Of a stretch of DNA of 64,000 nucleotides, positions 19,349-29,800 are shown in pieces. How positions within the stretch are numbered: position 1 is the first letter of the stretch; every line of letters starts with the position of its first letter. The notes below the pieces were generated by a model. That model ran no database searches and had not been told where the DNA came from. It saw nothing but the letters and a program-made list of their open reading frames with translations. Both the position numbers and the translations under genes were made by a program. The DNA is from a plasmid. Where the stretch lies: the sequence record NZ_CP024587.1. One strand, written 5' to 3'.

Positions 19349-20155
19349 ATGAGTCTCACCTGCGATCCCTCTGAAGGGCTCCCGGCGGCCTGCCCCTGGT
19401 GTGGCGGGCCAGCTGTGCTGGAACTGGCCGAGGCGTGGACCGACCACGCCTTCCAGCTGGAGACCTGCTGCGAGGCGGCCCATGAGGAGGTGTGTGCCGG
19501 CCTTGCCGACGATCCCGCCTGGGCGCGCGACCTGCTGCGCCAACTCGGCGCCGAGGTGCTGTTGGGAGGCACGCTTCGCCGGGTGGCCGATACCGGTTGC
19601 GGCCAGCTGCTGCTGGACTGGAAGCTCGAGATCCGGCCCGTGAGTTTCGCGGCCGCGGCCGGCTTCGTGCGGCGGCATCACGCCCACAATGCCGCCCCGG
19701 TCGCCTGGCGCTACGGCGCCGCCATCGCCAACGGGCCGACCCGGCTGCTGGGCGTGGTGATGGTCGGCAACCCTGTCGCCCGCGGCCTGATGGGCCGCGG
19801 CACGGTCGAGGTGAACCGGCTGTGCATCCGCCGCGACGTGCCCCGCGTCCTGGCCTGGAACGCCTGCTCGCAGCTCTACGGCTGGGCGGCGCGGGAGGCC
19901 GAAGCGCGGGGCTTCGAGCGCATCGTCACCTACACCCGTGCCGATGAGGAGGGCGGTAGCCTCACCGCCTCGGGCTGGACCAGGGACGCCCGCGTGCGCG
20001 GCCGTTCCTGGAGTAGCCCGGCCCGGGCGCGCCGCGATCAGGGCGTGCCGATCGACAAGTGCCGTTGGTCCCGCCTCCTGCGGCCTCGCCGGGCAGCGGA
20101 GCGCCCATCCGCGCCGAATCCCGTCATGCCTCTCACCCTGGATGCTCCCGGGTGA
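19349..20155 (+). CDS. Hypothetical protein with N-terminal Cys cluster (CPWCG...CCEAAHEEVC) and a C-terminal region of possible GNAT-like character
   Basis: 268 aa. Begins 4 nt after the preceding gene. The fold assignment is a weak impression only. Confidence 0.35.
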   Translation: MSLTCDPSEGLPAACPWCGGPAVLELAEAWTDHAFQLETCCEAAHEEVCAGLADDPAWARDLLRQLGAEVLLGGTLRRVADTGCGQLLLDWKLEIRPVSFAAAAGFVRRHHAHNAAPVAWRYGAAIANGPTRLLGVVMVGNPVARGLMGRGTVEVNRLCIRRDVPRVLAWNACSQLYGWAAREAEARGFERIVTYTRADEEGGSLTASGWTRDARVRGRSWSSPARARRDQGVPIDKCRWSRLLRPRRAAERPSAPNPVMPLTLDAPG

Positions 20156-20195
20156 GCCGGCCCGTCCGACAACACCAGCAAGGAGGAGCCACGCC

Positions 20196-20576
20196 GTGGC
20201 CACCATCAACATCGTCCTGTCCGCCTATCCCGGCCGTCGCGTGCGCGAGGTGGGCTGCAGCTGGACCTCCATCGGCATCGGCATCGGCGGCGGCACGCCG
20301 ACGCGCCGCCTGGCCGTGCAGGGCCTGGGCGGCATCACCGAGGCCGTGTCCGCCTTCGGCCGCGACGTGCTGGCCGCCAACCCGGAGGCAAGCTTCGTCA
20401 TCTCCGTCACGATGGCAAGCGACCAGCGCAAGCCCCGCGGCTTCGACGACGCCGAGAGGGCCGGGACCTTCGGCCAGCACGCTCATCTGCGCGATGACGT
20501 TGGCGAAGAAGCGAATTACCGGAAGCTGGCCAGTCCGACCGTTTCCGCCCCGACACCGGCTCCAGTCCCGGCATGA
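20196..20576 (+). CDS. Hypothetical protein, 126 aa, GTG start with strong AAGGAGGAG RBS
   Basis: RBS at 20179-20187, 8 nt before GTG 20196. The upstream part of the long frame has no start. Confidence 0.4.
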   Translation: MATINIVLSAYPGRRVREVGCSWTSIGIGIGGGTPTRRLAVQGLGGITEAVSAFGRDVLAANPEASFVISVTMASDQRKPRGFDDAERAGTFGQHAHLRDDVGEEANYRKLASPTVSAPTPAPVPA

Positions 20577-20610
20577 GGCAGGAGAGATGAGAGACAGGGA
20601 GGAGGGGCGT

Positions 20611-20680
20611 GCCGCACCCCGTCCCCCGCCGCAAGGGCAGGGGCCTGACGGCCCGCCGCTGCGCGGCGCCCTTGCCCCGG
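20611..20680 (+). promoter_or_regulatory. Hairpin motif copy d
   Basis: CCGCAAGGGCAGG...GCGGCGCCCTTGCCCC ending 50 bp before ATG 20730. Confidence 0.4.
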
Positions 20681-20729
20681 GGGCACGGGGCGCCGGCGAC
20701 AGGGGAGGTGTTCGGAAAGGAACACCGCC

Positions 20730-21077
20730 ATGGAAATCCGCCGCCTTGCCGCCCGTCCGGGCACGGCCCTGCTCACCCCGCTCGCGCCCGCCGCCGCGAA
20801 CGACGCGATCGCCTGCTCCCGGTGCAGCACGGCCTTCGGCACCGATCCGACGCTTGCGGTTGACTGCCCGGTCTGCCGCGCTCCGCAGGGCGAGCGTTGC
20901 CGCCAGCCGGCGCAGGGCGGCTTCCACCGCTCACACTACACCCGCGCCCGCATGGCGCTGGCCCTTGGTCGCATGGGCGCCTGCCCGGCCCTGACCTGGG
21001 ACGATCTCCACGCCCTGCCAGTGCGCGTGGCGCCGGCATCCCCGACCATCGACCAGCCCGTCCCCGAGAGCCCTTGA
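20730..21077 (+). CDS. Hypothetical Cys-rich (zinc-ribbon-like) protein, 115 aa
   Basis: CSRC...CPVC...C pairs. Confidence 0.4.
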   Translation: MEIRRLAARPGTALLTPLAPAAANDAIACSRCSTAFGTDPTLAVDCPVCRAPQGERCRQPAQGGFHRSHYTRARMALALGRMGACPALTWDDLHALPVRVAPASPTIDQPVPESP

Positions 21078-21087
21078 GGAGCCCCCC

Positions 21088-21366
21088 ATGAGCGCCGTCC
21101 GCACCTTTCTCGACCTGTCCACCGCCCATCTCTCGGATGAGGATCGGACGCTGCTCGAAGCCTGCGCCGGACACGACACCGGCGAGGTCCTCTGCGCCAG
21201 GACCCCCTACGGCTGGTTCGTCTTTGCCTGCGAGGAACGGCCAGAGATCTCCGACACCCTCTGGGGATTGTTCCAGAGCGCCCGGGAGCAGGGCTGCGAG
21301 TACCTCCTGTTCGACCGTGACGCCCCGATGCTCGACGACTTCGCCACCTTCGAGTGGCACGCCTGA
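21088..21366 (+). CDS. Hypothetical protein, 92 aa
   Basis: ORF following the zinc-ribbon gene. Motif copy e begins 40 bp after its stop. Confidence 0.4.
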   Translation: MSAVRTFLDLSTAHLSDEDRTLLEACAGHDTGEVLCARTPYGWFVFACEERPEISDTLWGLFQSAREQGCEYLLFDRDAPMLDDFATFEWHA

Positions 21367-21405
21367 TCCGGTGATCCCGGAAGAAACGGGGCATCGGGAG
21401 AGCAG

Positions 21406-21500
21406 GGCCGTCCCGCACCGGGGACGGCCGCCGCAAGGGGCCGTCGGCTGGCGCCTCCCGCGCTGCGCGCGCCCTTGCCCCAGCCGCCCCGGATGCGGGT
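21406..21500 (+). promoter_or_regulatory. Hairpin motif copy e (extra 5-prime hairpin GGCCGTCCC-GCACC-GGGACGGCC plus core)
   Basis: Near-identical to copy f over about 90 bp. Ends 31 bp before ATG 21531. Confidence 0.5.
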
Positions 21501-21530
21501 TCGGGTCGCATCGCGAAAGGAGACAGGGCG

Positions 21531-21845
21531 ATGACGACCACGATCCACAATCTCAAGCGTGAGGCACTGCGGCCGGGCGATGTGCGGATCGACCGCCGCA
21601 CCGAGTTCGGCAATCCGTTCGTGCTGGGGCGCGACGGCACCCGGGCGGAGGTGATCGCGCAGTTCGAGGCCGCCGAGCGCGCGCGGCTCGCCGACCCGAA
21701 GACCGGCGCGGCGCGGCGGGCGAAGGTGCGGGCGATGCACGGCCGGCGGCTTTTCTGCTGGTGCGCGCCGCTGCCCTGCCACGGCAACGTTTACGCCAGG
21801 CTCGCCGCCGAGCTGGTGCAGGCCGAAGGCGAGGCGAAGCCGTAG
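21531..21845 (+). CDS. DUF4326 family protein
   Basis: 104 aa. RRTEFGNPF and CWCAPLPCHGNV match my recollection of the DUF4326 signature. Confidence 0.55.
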   Translation: MTTTIHNLKREALRPGDVRIDRRTEFGNPFVLGRDGTRAEVIAQFEAAERARLADPKTGAARRAKVRAMHGRRLFCWCAPLPCHGNVYARLAAELVQAEGEAKP

Positions 21846-21897
21846 GGCAGGCGGAGGAGAAGGAAACCAGCGGCAGAGAGAGGGGAGGGAGAGGCGA

Positions 21898-21990
21898 GCC
21901 GTCCCGCACCGGGGACGGCCGCCGCAAGGGTTCGTCGGCTGGCGCCTCCCGCGCTGCGCGCGCCCTTGCCCCGGCCGCCCCGGATGCGGG
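21898..21990 (+). promoter_or_regulatory. Hairpin motif copy f
   Basis: Ends 39 bp before ATG 22029 (ardC). Confidence 0.5.
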
Positions 21991-22028
21991 GGCGGGGAGG
22001 TGTTCCGAGAGAATGAAAGGGAACACCG

Positions 22029-23003
22029 ATGGCCCATCCCCGCCGCCAGTCGTCCGAACGCCCGGCGTCCCGCGACCACTACGCCGAGATCACGGCCCAG
22101 GTGATCGCGGCACTGGAGGCGGGCACCCTGCCGTGGCGCCGTCCCTGGGACCAGGACAAGGCCGGCGCCGGTCCGCTCTCGCCGCGCAATGCCACCACCG
22201 GCCGCCGTTATCACGGGATCAACCTGCTGCTGCTCGGCATGACGGGCATGGCCTTCGCCGGCACCGACCCCCGGTGGCTGACCTACAAGCAGGCCGAGGC
22301 GAAGGGCTGGCAGGTCCGCCGCGGCGAGCGCGGCTCGCGCGTGTTCTTCTTCCGCAAGCTGACCCTGCGCGACGGCGACGCCGCGCCGGATGCCGGCGGC
22401 GAGGGGGAGGGGGCCACCCGCACCGTGCCGGTGCTGCGCGCCTACACCGTATTCCACGCGAGCCAGGTGGACGGCATCGCCCCCTTCGAGGCGCCTTCCG
22501 TCGAGGAGGCGTCCTGGCGCACGCCCGAGGCAGCCGGGACCATCATGCGCAACAGCGGCGTGGTGTTCCGCGAAGGCGGCGACCGTGCCTTCTACTGCCC
22601 CGCCACCGACCACATCCAACTGCCCCCACGCGCCGCCTTCGCGAGTCCGGAAGGCTATTGCGCGACGGCGCTGCACGAGCTGGCGCACGCCTCCGGCGCG
22701 ACGCACCGGCTCGACCGCGACCTGACCGGCCGCTTCGGCAGCCAGGCCTACGCGCAGGAGGAGCTGCGCGCCGAGTTGGCCTCCTGCTTCATCGGCGCCG
22801 AGCTGGGCCTGCCCTGCGATATCCCCAACCACGCCAGCTACGTGGCGTCGTGGCTCAGGACGCTGCGCGAGGACAAGCGCGAGATCTTCCGCGCCGCGGC
22901 GGAGGCACAGAGGATCACCGACTACCTGCTGGCCTTCCACCCCGGATACGCCCGGATCGCGGCCGAGGACGCACGGCGCGACGAGGCCGGCGACGAGGCG
23001 TGA
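22029..23003 (+). CDS. ardC: ArdC-family antirestriction protein (N-terminal ssDNA-binding domain + C-terminal zincin-like HExxH metalloprotease)
   Basis: 324 aa, with LHELAHA as the HExxH motif. Confidence 0.8.
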   Translation: MAHPRRQSSERPASRDHYAEITAQVIAALEAGTLPWRRPWDQDKAGAGPLSPRNATTGRRYHGINLLLLGMTGMAFAGTDPRWLTYKQAEAKGWQVRRGERGSRVFFFRKLTLRDGDAAPDAGGEGEGATRTVPVLRAYTVFHASQVDGIAPFEAPSVEEASWRTPEAAGTIMRNSGVVFREGGDRAFYCPATDHIQLPPRAAFASPEGYCATALHELAHASGATHRLDRDLTGRFGSQAYAQEELRAELASCFIGAELGLPCDIPNHASYVASWLRTLREDKREIFRAAAEAQRITDYLLAFHPGYARIAAEDARRDEAGDEA

Positions 23004-24010
23004 GCGCCACCCTGAGGCAAGGCCAGGCCGGGGATGCGCCCGACCTGCGCTCCTACGACCACGTCGTCCTGTTCACCTCCGGCGGCAAGGACGCCACGGC
23101 GTGCCTGCTGCACCTGCTGGAGCAGGGCGTGGACCCGGCCCGCATCGAGCTGCACCACCACGAGGTGGACGGCCACGGAGCCACCTTCATGGACTGGCCG
23201 GTGACGGGCGCCTACGTCGCCGCCCAGGCGGAGGCCTTCGGCCTGCCGCTGTTCCGCTCCTGGCGCGAAGGCGGCTTCGAGCGGGAGATGCTGCGCCAGG
23301 ATGCACCGACGGCGCCGATCCTGTTCGAGACGCCTCATGGCCTCATGAGGGCAGGAGGCGCGGGGCCACGCAACACCCGGCTGCGGTTCCCCCAGGTCTC
23401 GGCCGACCTCTCGGTGCGCTGGTGCTCGGCCGCGCTCAAGATCGGCGTCGGCGCCGCCACGATCGCCGGTCAGGACCGCTTCCTGGGCCGCCGCACCCTG
23501 GTCGTGACCGGCGAGCGGGCGCAGGAAAGCGCGGCACGGGCACGCTACGCCACCTTCGAGCCGCACCGCACCGACACGCGCGGCGGCACACGCCGGTCGC
23601 GTCATGTCGACCATTGGCGGCCGGTCCATGGCTGGGACGAGGCCCGGGTCTGGGAGGCGCTGCGGCGCCACGGCGTGCGGCCGCACCCGGCCTATGAGCT
23701 GGGCTGGTCGAGGCTGTCCTGCATGGCCTGCATCTTCGGCTCGGCGGCGCAGTGGGCGACGATCCGCCATATCGCGCCAGCGCTGTTCGAGCGCATCGCG
23801 GCCTACGAGGAGCGGTTCGGCCGCACCATCCAGCGCGCCCGCTCGATCCGCGCCCTGGCCGATATTGGCCGTCCCTACCCGGTTGCCCTCGCCCGTCCCG
23901 ACCTCGTGGCGCTTGCCCTGGGCGAGACCTGGGATCTGCCGATCCTGGGGTCGCCCTTGGCCTGGACCCTGCCAGCAGGCGCCTTCGGCGAGGCCGCCGG
24001 GCCTTCCTGA
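23000..24010 (+). CDS. Phosphoadenosine phosphosulfate reductase-family (PP-loop ATP pyrophosphatase) protein
   Basis: GTG overlapping the ardC stop. LFTSGGKDATAC is a PP-loop SGGxDS-type motif. 336 aa. Confidence 0.65.
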   Translation: MSATLRQGQAGDAPDLRSYDHVVLFTSGGKDATACLLHLLEQGVDPARIELHHHEVDGHGATFMDWPVTGAYVAAQAEAFGLPLFRSWREGGFEREMLRQDAPTAPILFETPHGLMRAGGAGPRNTRLRFPQVSADLSVRWCSAALKIGVGAATIAGQDRFLGRRTLVVTGERAQESAARARYATFEPHRTDTRGGTRRSRHVDHWRPVHGWDEARVWEALRRHGVRPHPAYELGWSRLSCMACIFGSAAQWATIRHIAPALFERIAAYEERFGRTIQRARSIRALADIGRPYPVALARPDLVALALGETWDLPILGSPLAWTLPAGAFGEAAGPS

Positions 24011-24234
24011 CCATACCCCTGTTTCCACCCCCGCACACAAGGGAGGCCCCCATGGGCTGGCTCGTTTCCGATCGCCCCCTGACCCACGAAACCCCGGCCG
24101 CCTATCTGTCCCGGGAGTTCGCCTGCGCCAACGAGACCAACCGCACGGAGGTGCTCGCCGCGAGCCAGGTGAAGGGTGCCGTCTACCTGGCGGTGCGCCA
24201 CACCTCCCTCACAGGCGAGCGGGCTGGCCGCTCC

Positions 24235-25753
24235 TACGTAGTCGGCCTTGAACAACGTCTTCAGGCTGTCGCCCCTGCGAGCAGGGTGCGGCCTGTCGGG
24301 ACGCTGGCTTGGCTGATCGGGGTGAGGATTGCCTGTCGGAGGGCGGCGAGGAGAGCGGCCAAAAGGGCCCTGAGGTGGGCGAGGATCTTGCGGATGTTGT
24401 GGCCGCAGCCGCAGAGGACGGCGTAGAGAGCATCGCCGAGCGTGCCCTTGAGGGCGCAGCGGGCGAGGCGGCCATCGGTCTTCATGTGGCCGATCTCGGG
24501 CTCGATGGCGCTGCGGCGGCGGAGCAGCCGGCGCAGGCGGGGCGTGAGGCCGCGGCTGGTGCCGCTGACGAGCACCCTGGTTGCCGTGACGCCATGGCCG
24601 CGGTAGCCGCGATCGACCACGGCGAGGCTGGGACGCTGGCCGGTGAGGGTCTCGACCTGCTGGAGGGCGTCGGCGAGGGTGTGGCCGTCGTAGGGATTGC
24701 CGGGCTGGCTGCGCATGCCGACGACGAAGCCACCGGCGAGGGTGGTGGCGATGCTGACCTTCGTGCCGAACTCGTAGCGCACCCGCGCCTTGCCCTTGGC
24801 GATGCAGTCCACCTCGGGCTCGTGCAGGGCGTAGAGCTTGCGGGACGACTTCGGTGTCTGGAGCAGCAGGCGGGTGACGAGGGCGATGCGCTGCTCGATG
24901 CGCGCCCGCAGTGGCCCGTCAGGGACGGCGCCGAGCTTGCGTTCAACATCGCGCAGGATGCGGCCGGTGTAGCCCTTGAGCGTGCGCAACGCCTTGCGCA
25001 TGCGGCGGAACTGCCGGGCGTGGGCGTAGCGCCCCACCTGGCCGGCCAGGCGCGGCGCCAGGCGATTGTAGTTCTGGCGCAGGGCGATCCCGGCCTTGTG
25101 CGCCAGCGTCACCAGCGAGTGGCGGGCCCGCTCATAGAGGCGGCTGTCGGTCGGATGGGCGATGGCCTTCTCCATCACTGTGGTGTCCACTGCGATCTCG
25201 GCCAAGCTGTTCGACGTCACAGCTCCCGAAGCCTGAGCCGCCTCGATCGTCCTGGTCAGCAACCACTCGACACCTTCCTCACCGATGCGACCGCGCCAGC
25301 GGCTGAGAGAGGAGGGATGGATGGGCGCACGGTGCTGGAAGAAGGTCTCACCCGTGAAGTGCTGGAAGTACGGGTTCTCCACCCAGCGCGCGAGCACCGC
25401 CTCGTCGGAGAGGCCATGGGCGTGCTGGAGGTACATCAGCCCGGCGACCAGACGCGGATGCGTGGCCGGCCGTCCCTCAGCGGCGGGGAAGAAGCCGGCC
25501 CATTCCCGCTCGAACCAGGACCAGTCGATCAGCGCCGCCAGCCGCACCAGTTCGTGCCGCCCATCGATCATGTCGACCAGCCGCGGCCGCAGCAGATCGG
25601 CCTGTTCCGGCGGGCGCGGGCGGTGCTTCATGCCCACAAGATTCGCAGGGTTTGTCGTCGAAAACAATCGAACCCTGCAAATCCAGGTCGCCGAGCCCGG
25701 AAAATCTCACAGCTAGATCAGTGCCTTACGAGTTATTCAAGGCCGACTACGTA
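24235..25753 (-). mobile_element. IS5/IS1182-like insertion sequence, 1519 bp, 22-bp terminal inverted repeats TACGTAGTCGGCCTTGAA(C/T)AAC, no obvious target duplication
   Basis: IRs read directly at 24235-24256 and 25732-25753. One transposase ORF inside. Confidence 0.7.
24261..25667 (-). CDS. DDE transposase, IS5-family (IS1182-like)
   Basis: 468 aa. InsH-like N-terminal region (LLRPRLVDMIDGRHELVRLAALIDW) and a DDE-type C-terminal region. Family call is approximate. Confidence 0.7.
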   Translation of the reverse strand: MFSTTNPANLVGMKHRPRPPEQADLLRPRLVDMIDGRHELVRLAALIDWSWFEREWAGFFPAAEGRPATHPRLVAGLMYLQHAHGLSDEAVLARWVENPYFQHFTGETFFQHRAPIHPSSLSRWRGRIGEEGVEWLLTRTIEAAQASGAVTSNSLAEIAVDTTVMEKAIAHPTDSRLYERARHSLVTLAHKAGIALRQNYNRLAPRLAGQVGRYAHARQFRRMRKALRTLKGYTGRILRDVERKLGAVPDGPLRARIEQRIALVTRLLLQTPKSSRKLYALHEPEVDCIAKGKARVRYEFGTKVSIATTLAGGFVVGMRSQPGNPYDGHTLADALQQVETLTGQRPSLAVVDRGYRGHGVTATRVLVSGTSRGLTPRLRRLLRRRSAIEPEIGHMKTDGRLARCALKGTLGDALYAVLCGCGHNIRKILAHLRALLAALLAALRQAILTPISQASVPTGRTLLAGATA

Positions 25754-26381
25754 TTCTGCGCCGTCGTGCTCGTCTTCAACAACGCCCGGCAGGGCTTTGG
25801 CCGAAAGACCATGGACGAGAGCTGCGGCCCCTGTGAGGTCGACTGCCCGGCCCGGATCATGGCGCTGCTCTCGCCGATCGAGGACATCCCCAATCCTGGC
25901 TACGCAGCGGATTGGCGCGCACGGGTCGCCGCGGCGGCGGCCTTGCGCCGCGAGGCGACCGCCAGCGGCCGGAACCTCGATCCCGGACAGCGGATCAGCC
26001 TTACCCAGCAGATCAGCTTTGACGGCGGGCGGGTCGTCACGAGCGAGTTCGAGGTCGTGCCGACGCCGCCCGGCCGGCGCGGGCCGATCTTCCGGCCCGT
26101 GGGGCACGACTTCCTTTGCCGGGTGCCCCGTCACCTCCTAGCCACGGCGATGCACGTCGCGGGCGGCGCCGCTGACACAGCATCCCGGAGCATGCCGTGA
26201 TCGCCCAGGCGGAGGTCCGGGACGGCAACACCAGCGAGGCGGGCCTGCGCCGCCTACGCCAGTCGGAGAGGACCGAGGCGTACCGGCGGATGGTGCTCAT
26301 CCTCACGGTCGGCAGGAGCGAGACACAACCCGACCTGCTGCTGCCGTGACAGCGGGGCCAGCGTCTAAGCCTCCTGAAAGC

Positions 26382-26640
26382 CTGCAAGCCTGCAAGCCTG
26401 AGTTCGGGAAATCCCGAAAGAGGGAAAGCAGGAAAGCAGGAACGAGAGAATCAGGGGCGAGAAGCTGCTGGCATCCCGGCCGTCCCGGCACCGCTGCGCT
26501 CCATGGCCGGCAGCGCAACCCAGCCCGTCTGGGCCGCAACCCTGCGGGCCGCGTCCTGCGCCGGCCAGGGCCGCTCCCCGGCCATGGTGCCGGCCCGCCC
26601 GCGCTGCCCGCGGCGGAGGGGTCATAGGAACAGACCCACA
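26382..26640 (+). promoter_or_regulatory. Regulatory cassette B: direct repeats (CAAGCCTG x2; GGAAAGCA x2-3), IR TTCGGGAAATCCCGAA, then a ~170-bp GC-rich leader paralogous to 32676-32850
   Basis: Read directly. About 75% identity to cassette C by eye. Confidence 0.5.
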
Positions 26641-26850
26641 GGAGGCTCCATGGGAAACAGGTACGAGGCCTGCCATTCGCACAGCCAGTTCCCCGGCACC
26701 GCCGTCACCGTGACCGCCCCCTGGCCGCTGCGCCAGAGCCCGCCGTCCTGGCTGGCCTGACAGCCTGAGCGGCACCTGAACGGCCCGCTCTCCCCGAAAC
26801 CTCCGCCCCTCCTCCAACCACCGCATCGCACAGGTCACCCGGTCGCCCGC

Positions 26851-29800
26851 ATGGGCCGCCGGGCGGCCGCGCATGCGCGCTCGGGAACCCGCGCCATGGC
26901 CAAGGCCAAGTCCTCCCTCGACCAGCTCAGCCTGTTCGACACCACCGCCCTGACCTCCTTCTCGCTCGACGGCGGCGGCTTCGGTACGCTGCTGCCGCCT
27001 CTCGATGCGACGGAGGAGGAGCCGGACGACGCGCCGATCGCGCCCGCCGTGCCGCGCGTGGTCGCCCACGACTTCCGCCTCGCCGGCGACCGTGGCCTCG
27101 CCAGCAGCTGGAAGGCCCGTGCCGCAGGCAACCTCGCCGCCATCCGGCTGATGCAGCGCATCGAGGCCGAGACGCGTCCGGCGACCGCCGAGGAGCAGGC
27201 GGTGCTGGCGCGCTTCGTGGGCTACGGCGCCTCCGACTTGGCCAACGCGCTGTTCCGCCGCCCCGGCGAGGCATGGCGGGAGGGCTGGGCCGAGCAGGGC
27301 GACGGGCTCGAGCAGGCCGTGTCCGCCGCGGAGCTGGCCAGCCTCGCCCGCTGCACGCAGTACGCACACTTCACCCCCGAATACGTCGTGCGCGCCGTCT
27401 GGGCCGGGCTGACCCGGCTCGGCTTCCGTCAGGGCAGCATCCTGGAGCCCGGTTGCGGCACCGGCCTGTTCCTGGCCCTGCGGCCGGAGGGGATGGCGGA
27501 CTGCTCCACCGTGACCGGGATTGAGATGGACACGGTCACCGCCCGTATCGCGGCGCTGCTCCATCCGAAGGCCTGGATCCGCCAGGAGGACTTCACCCGC
27601 GCCCGTATCCCCGAGACCTTCGACCTCGCCCTCGGCAACCCGCCCTTCTCGGACCGCACGGTGCGGGCCGACGACCCGGCCGGCAAGCTCGGCCTCAAGC
27701 TGCACGACTACTTCATCGCCCGTGCCGTCGAGCGCCTGAAGCCCGGCGGATTGGCCGCCTTCGTCACCAGCCACGGCACGCTGGACAAGGTGGACCCCAA
27801 GGCACGCGAGCACATCGCGGGGATGGCCGACCTGGTGGGCGCGATCCGCCTGCCCGCCGGCAGCTTCGCCGCGGCCGCCGGCACCGACGTCGTGGTGGAC
27901 ATCCTGTTCCTGCAGCGCCGCGAGCGCGGTGCCGAGCCGAACGGGGTGGAATGGGCCCATCTCGCGGAGGTGGTCCCGGCCGAAGCCGGCGAGGCGGCGA
28001 TCCACGTCAACGCCTGGTTCGCCGCGCACCCGGAGACGGTGCTGGGCCGCCACGGATGGACCACCGGCCCGTTCGGCCTGGCCTACGACTGTGCCCGCGA
28101 CGGACGTGACCTGGACGCCGCCCTGGCCGAAGCCGTCGCCCGGCTGCCCCAAGGCATCCACCAGCCGCCGGCGGACGCCGTGGCGGCGCGCCCGGCGAGG
28201 ACCGCCGCCCGGGCCGGCACCGCCGCCGAGGGTGCGACGATCAAGGAGGGCTCCTACCTGATCGGCGAGGGTGGCGTGCTGTTGCAGGTGGTGGACGGCA
28301 CCGCCGAGCCGGTCGCGGTGAAGTCCGGCAAGGGCACGGTCGGCCTGTTCGCGAAGCACGCCCGCATCATCCGCGGCCTGATCCCGGTCCGCGAGGCGGT
28401 GCGCGGGGTGATCCGTGCCCAGGAGGCCGACCAGCCCTTCGGCGCCGCCCAGGTGCGGCTGCGGGCGGCCTATGGCAGCTTCGTGCGCGCCTTCGGGCCG
28501 ATCAACCTCACCAACATCAGCACCAGCACGGATGAGGAAACGGGTGAGGTCCGCGAGACCGTGCGCCGGCCCAACCTGCAGCCCTTCCTCGATGACCCGG
28601 ATTGCTGGCTGGTCTCCTCGATCGAGGAGTACGATCCCGAGACCGGCACCGCCCGCAAGGGGCCGATCTTCACCGAGCGGGTGATCCACGCCCCGGCCGA
28701 GCCGATGATCGTCTCGGCCGCCGACGCGCTGGCCGTGACGCTGGCCGAGCGTGGCGTGGTGGACCTAGCCCATGCCTGCGACCTCCTCGGCCGCGACCGC
28801 GAGACGGTGCTGGCCGAGCTGGGCGACACCGTGTTCCTCGATCCTGACCTGACCACCGAGGGCTTCGAGGCCTGGCAGACCGCCGACGAGTACCTGTCGG
28901 GGCAGGTCCGCCGCAAGCTCGCCGCGGCCCGTGCCGCCGCGACGCTGGATGCGCGCTACGCCCGCAACGTCGTGGCGCTGGAGCGGGTGCAGCCCGAGGA
29001 CCTGCGCCCCTCCGACATCACCGCCCGCCTCGGCGCCCCCTGGATCCCGGCCCGGGACGTCGCGGCCTTCATCCAGGAGGTGATCGGGGTGGAGACGCCG
29101 GTCCGTCACACCGTCGAGGTGGCGCATTGGAGCATCGACGTCCACCGTTTCGTGGGGCTGGCCTCCGCCACCTCGGAGTGGGGGACGCACCGCCGCCACG
29201 CGGGCGAATTGCTGGACGATGCCCTGAATGCCTCGATCCCGCAGATCTGGGACGTGTGGCGGGACGCCGAGGGCGAGCACCGGCAGCTCAACGCCCAGGA
29301 AACCGAGGCGGTGAAGGACAAGCTGGCGAAGATCAAGGACGCCTTCGAGCGTTGGGTCTGGACCGACAGCGACCGCGCCGAGCGACTGGTCCGCCTGTAT
29401 AATGACGCCTTCAACAGCCTGGTTCCCCGGCACTTCTCGGGCGAGCACCTGCAGCTGCCGGGCGCCTCCACGGTGATCCAGCTGCGCCCGCACCAGAAGC
29501 GTGTCGTCTGGCGCATCGTCGCCTCGGGGCAGACCTACGTCGCCCACGCGGTCGGCGCCGGCAAGACCTTCACCATCGCCGCCGCGATCATGGAGCAGAA
29601 GCGCCTCGGCCTGATCTCCAAGGCCATGCTGGCCGTGCCCGGCCACTGCCTGGCCCAGGCCTCGCGCGAGTTCCTGCAACTCTATCCGGGTGCCCGCATC
29701 CTGGTGGCCGACGAGACCAACTTCTCCAAGGACAAGCGCGCGCGCTTCCTGGCCCGGGCGGCCACCGCCAACTGGGACTGCATCATCATCACCCACTCGG

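Larger units (their letters stand above)
24052..26200 (+). pseudogene. Gene disrupted by IS insertion: N-terminal 61 codons (24052-24234) and C-terminal 149 codons (25754-26200); product unknown
   Basis: AAGGGAGG RBS before ATG 24052. Removing exactly 24235-25753 rejoins the two fragments in frame into a 210-aa ORF. Confidence 0.5.
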
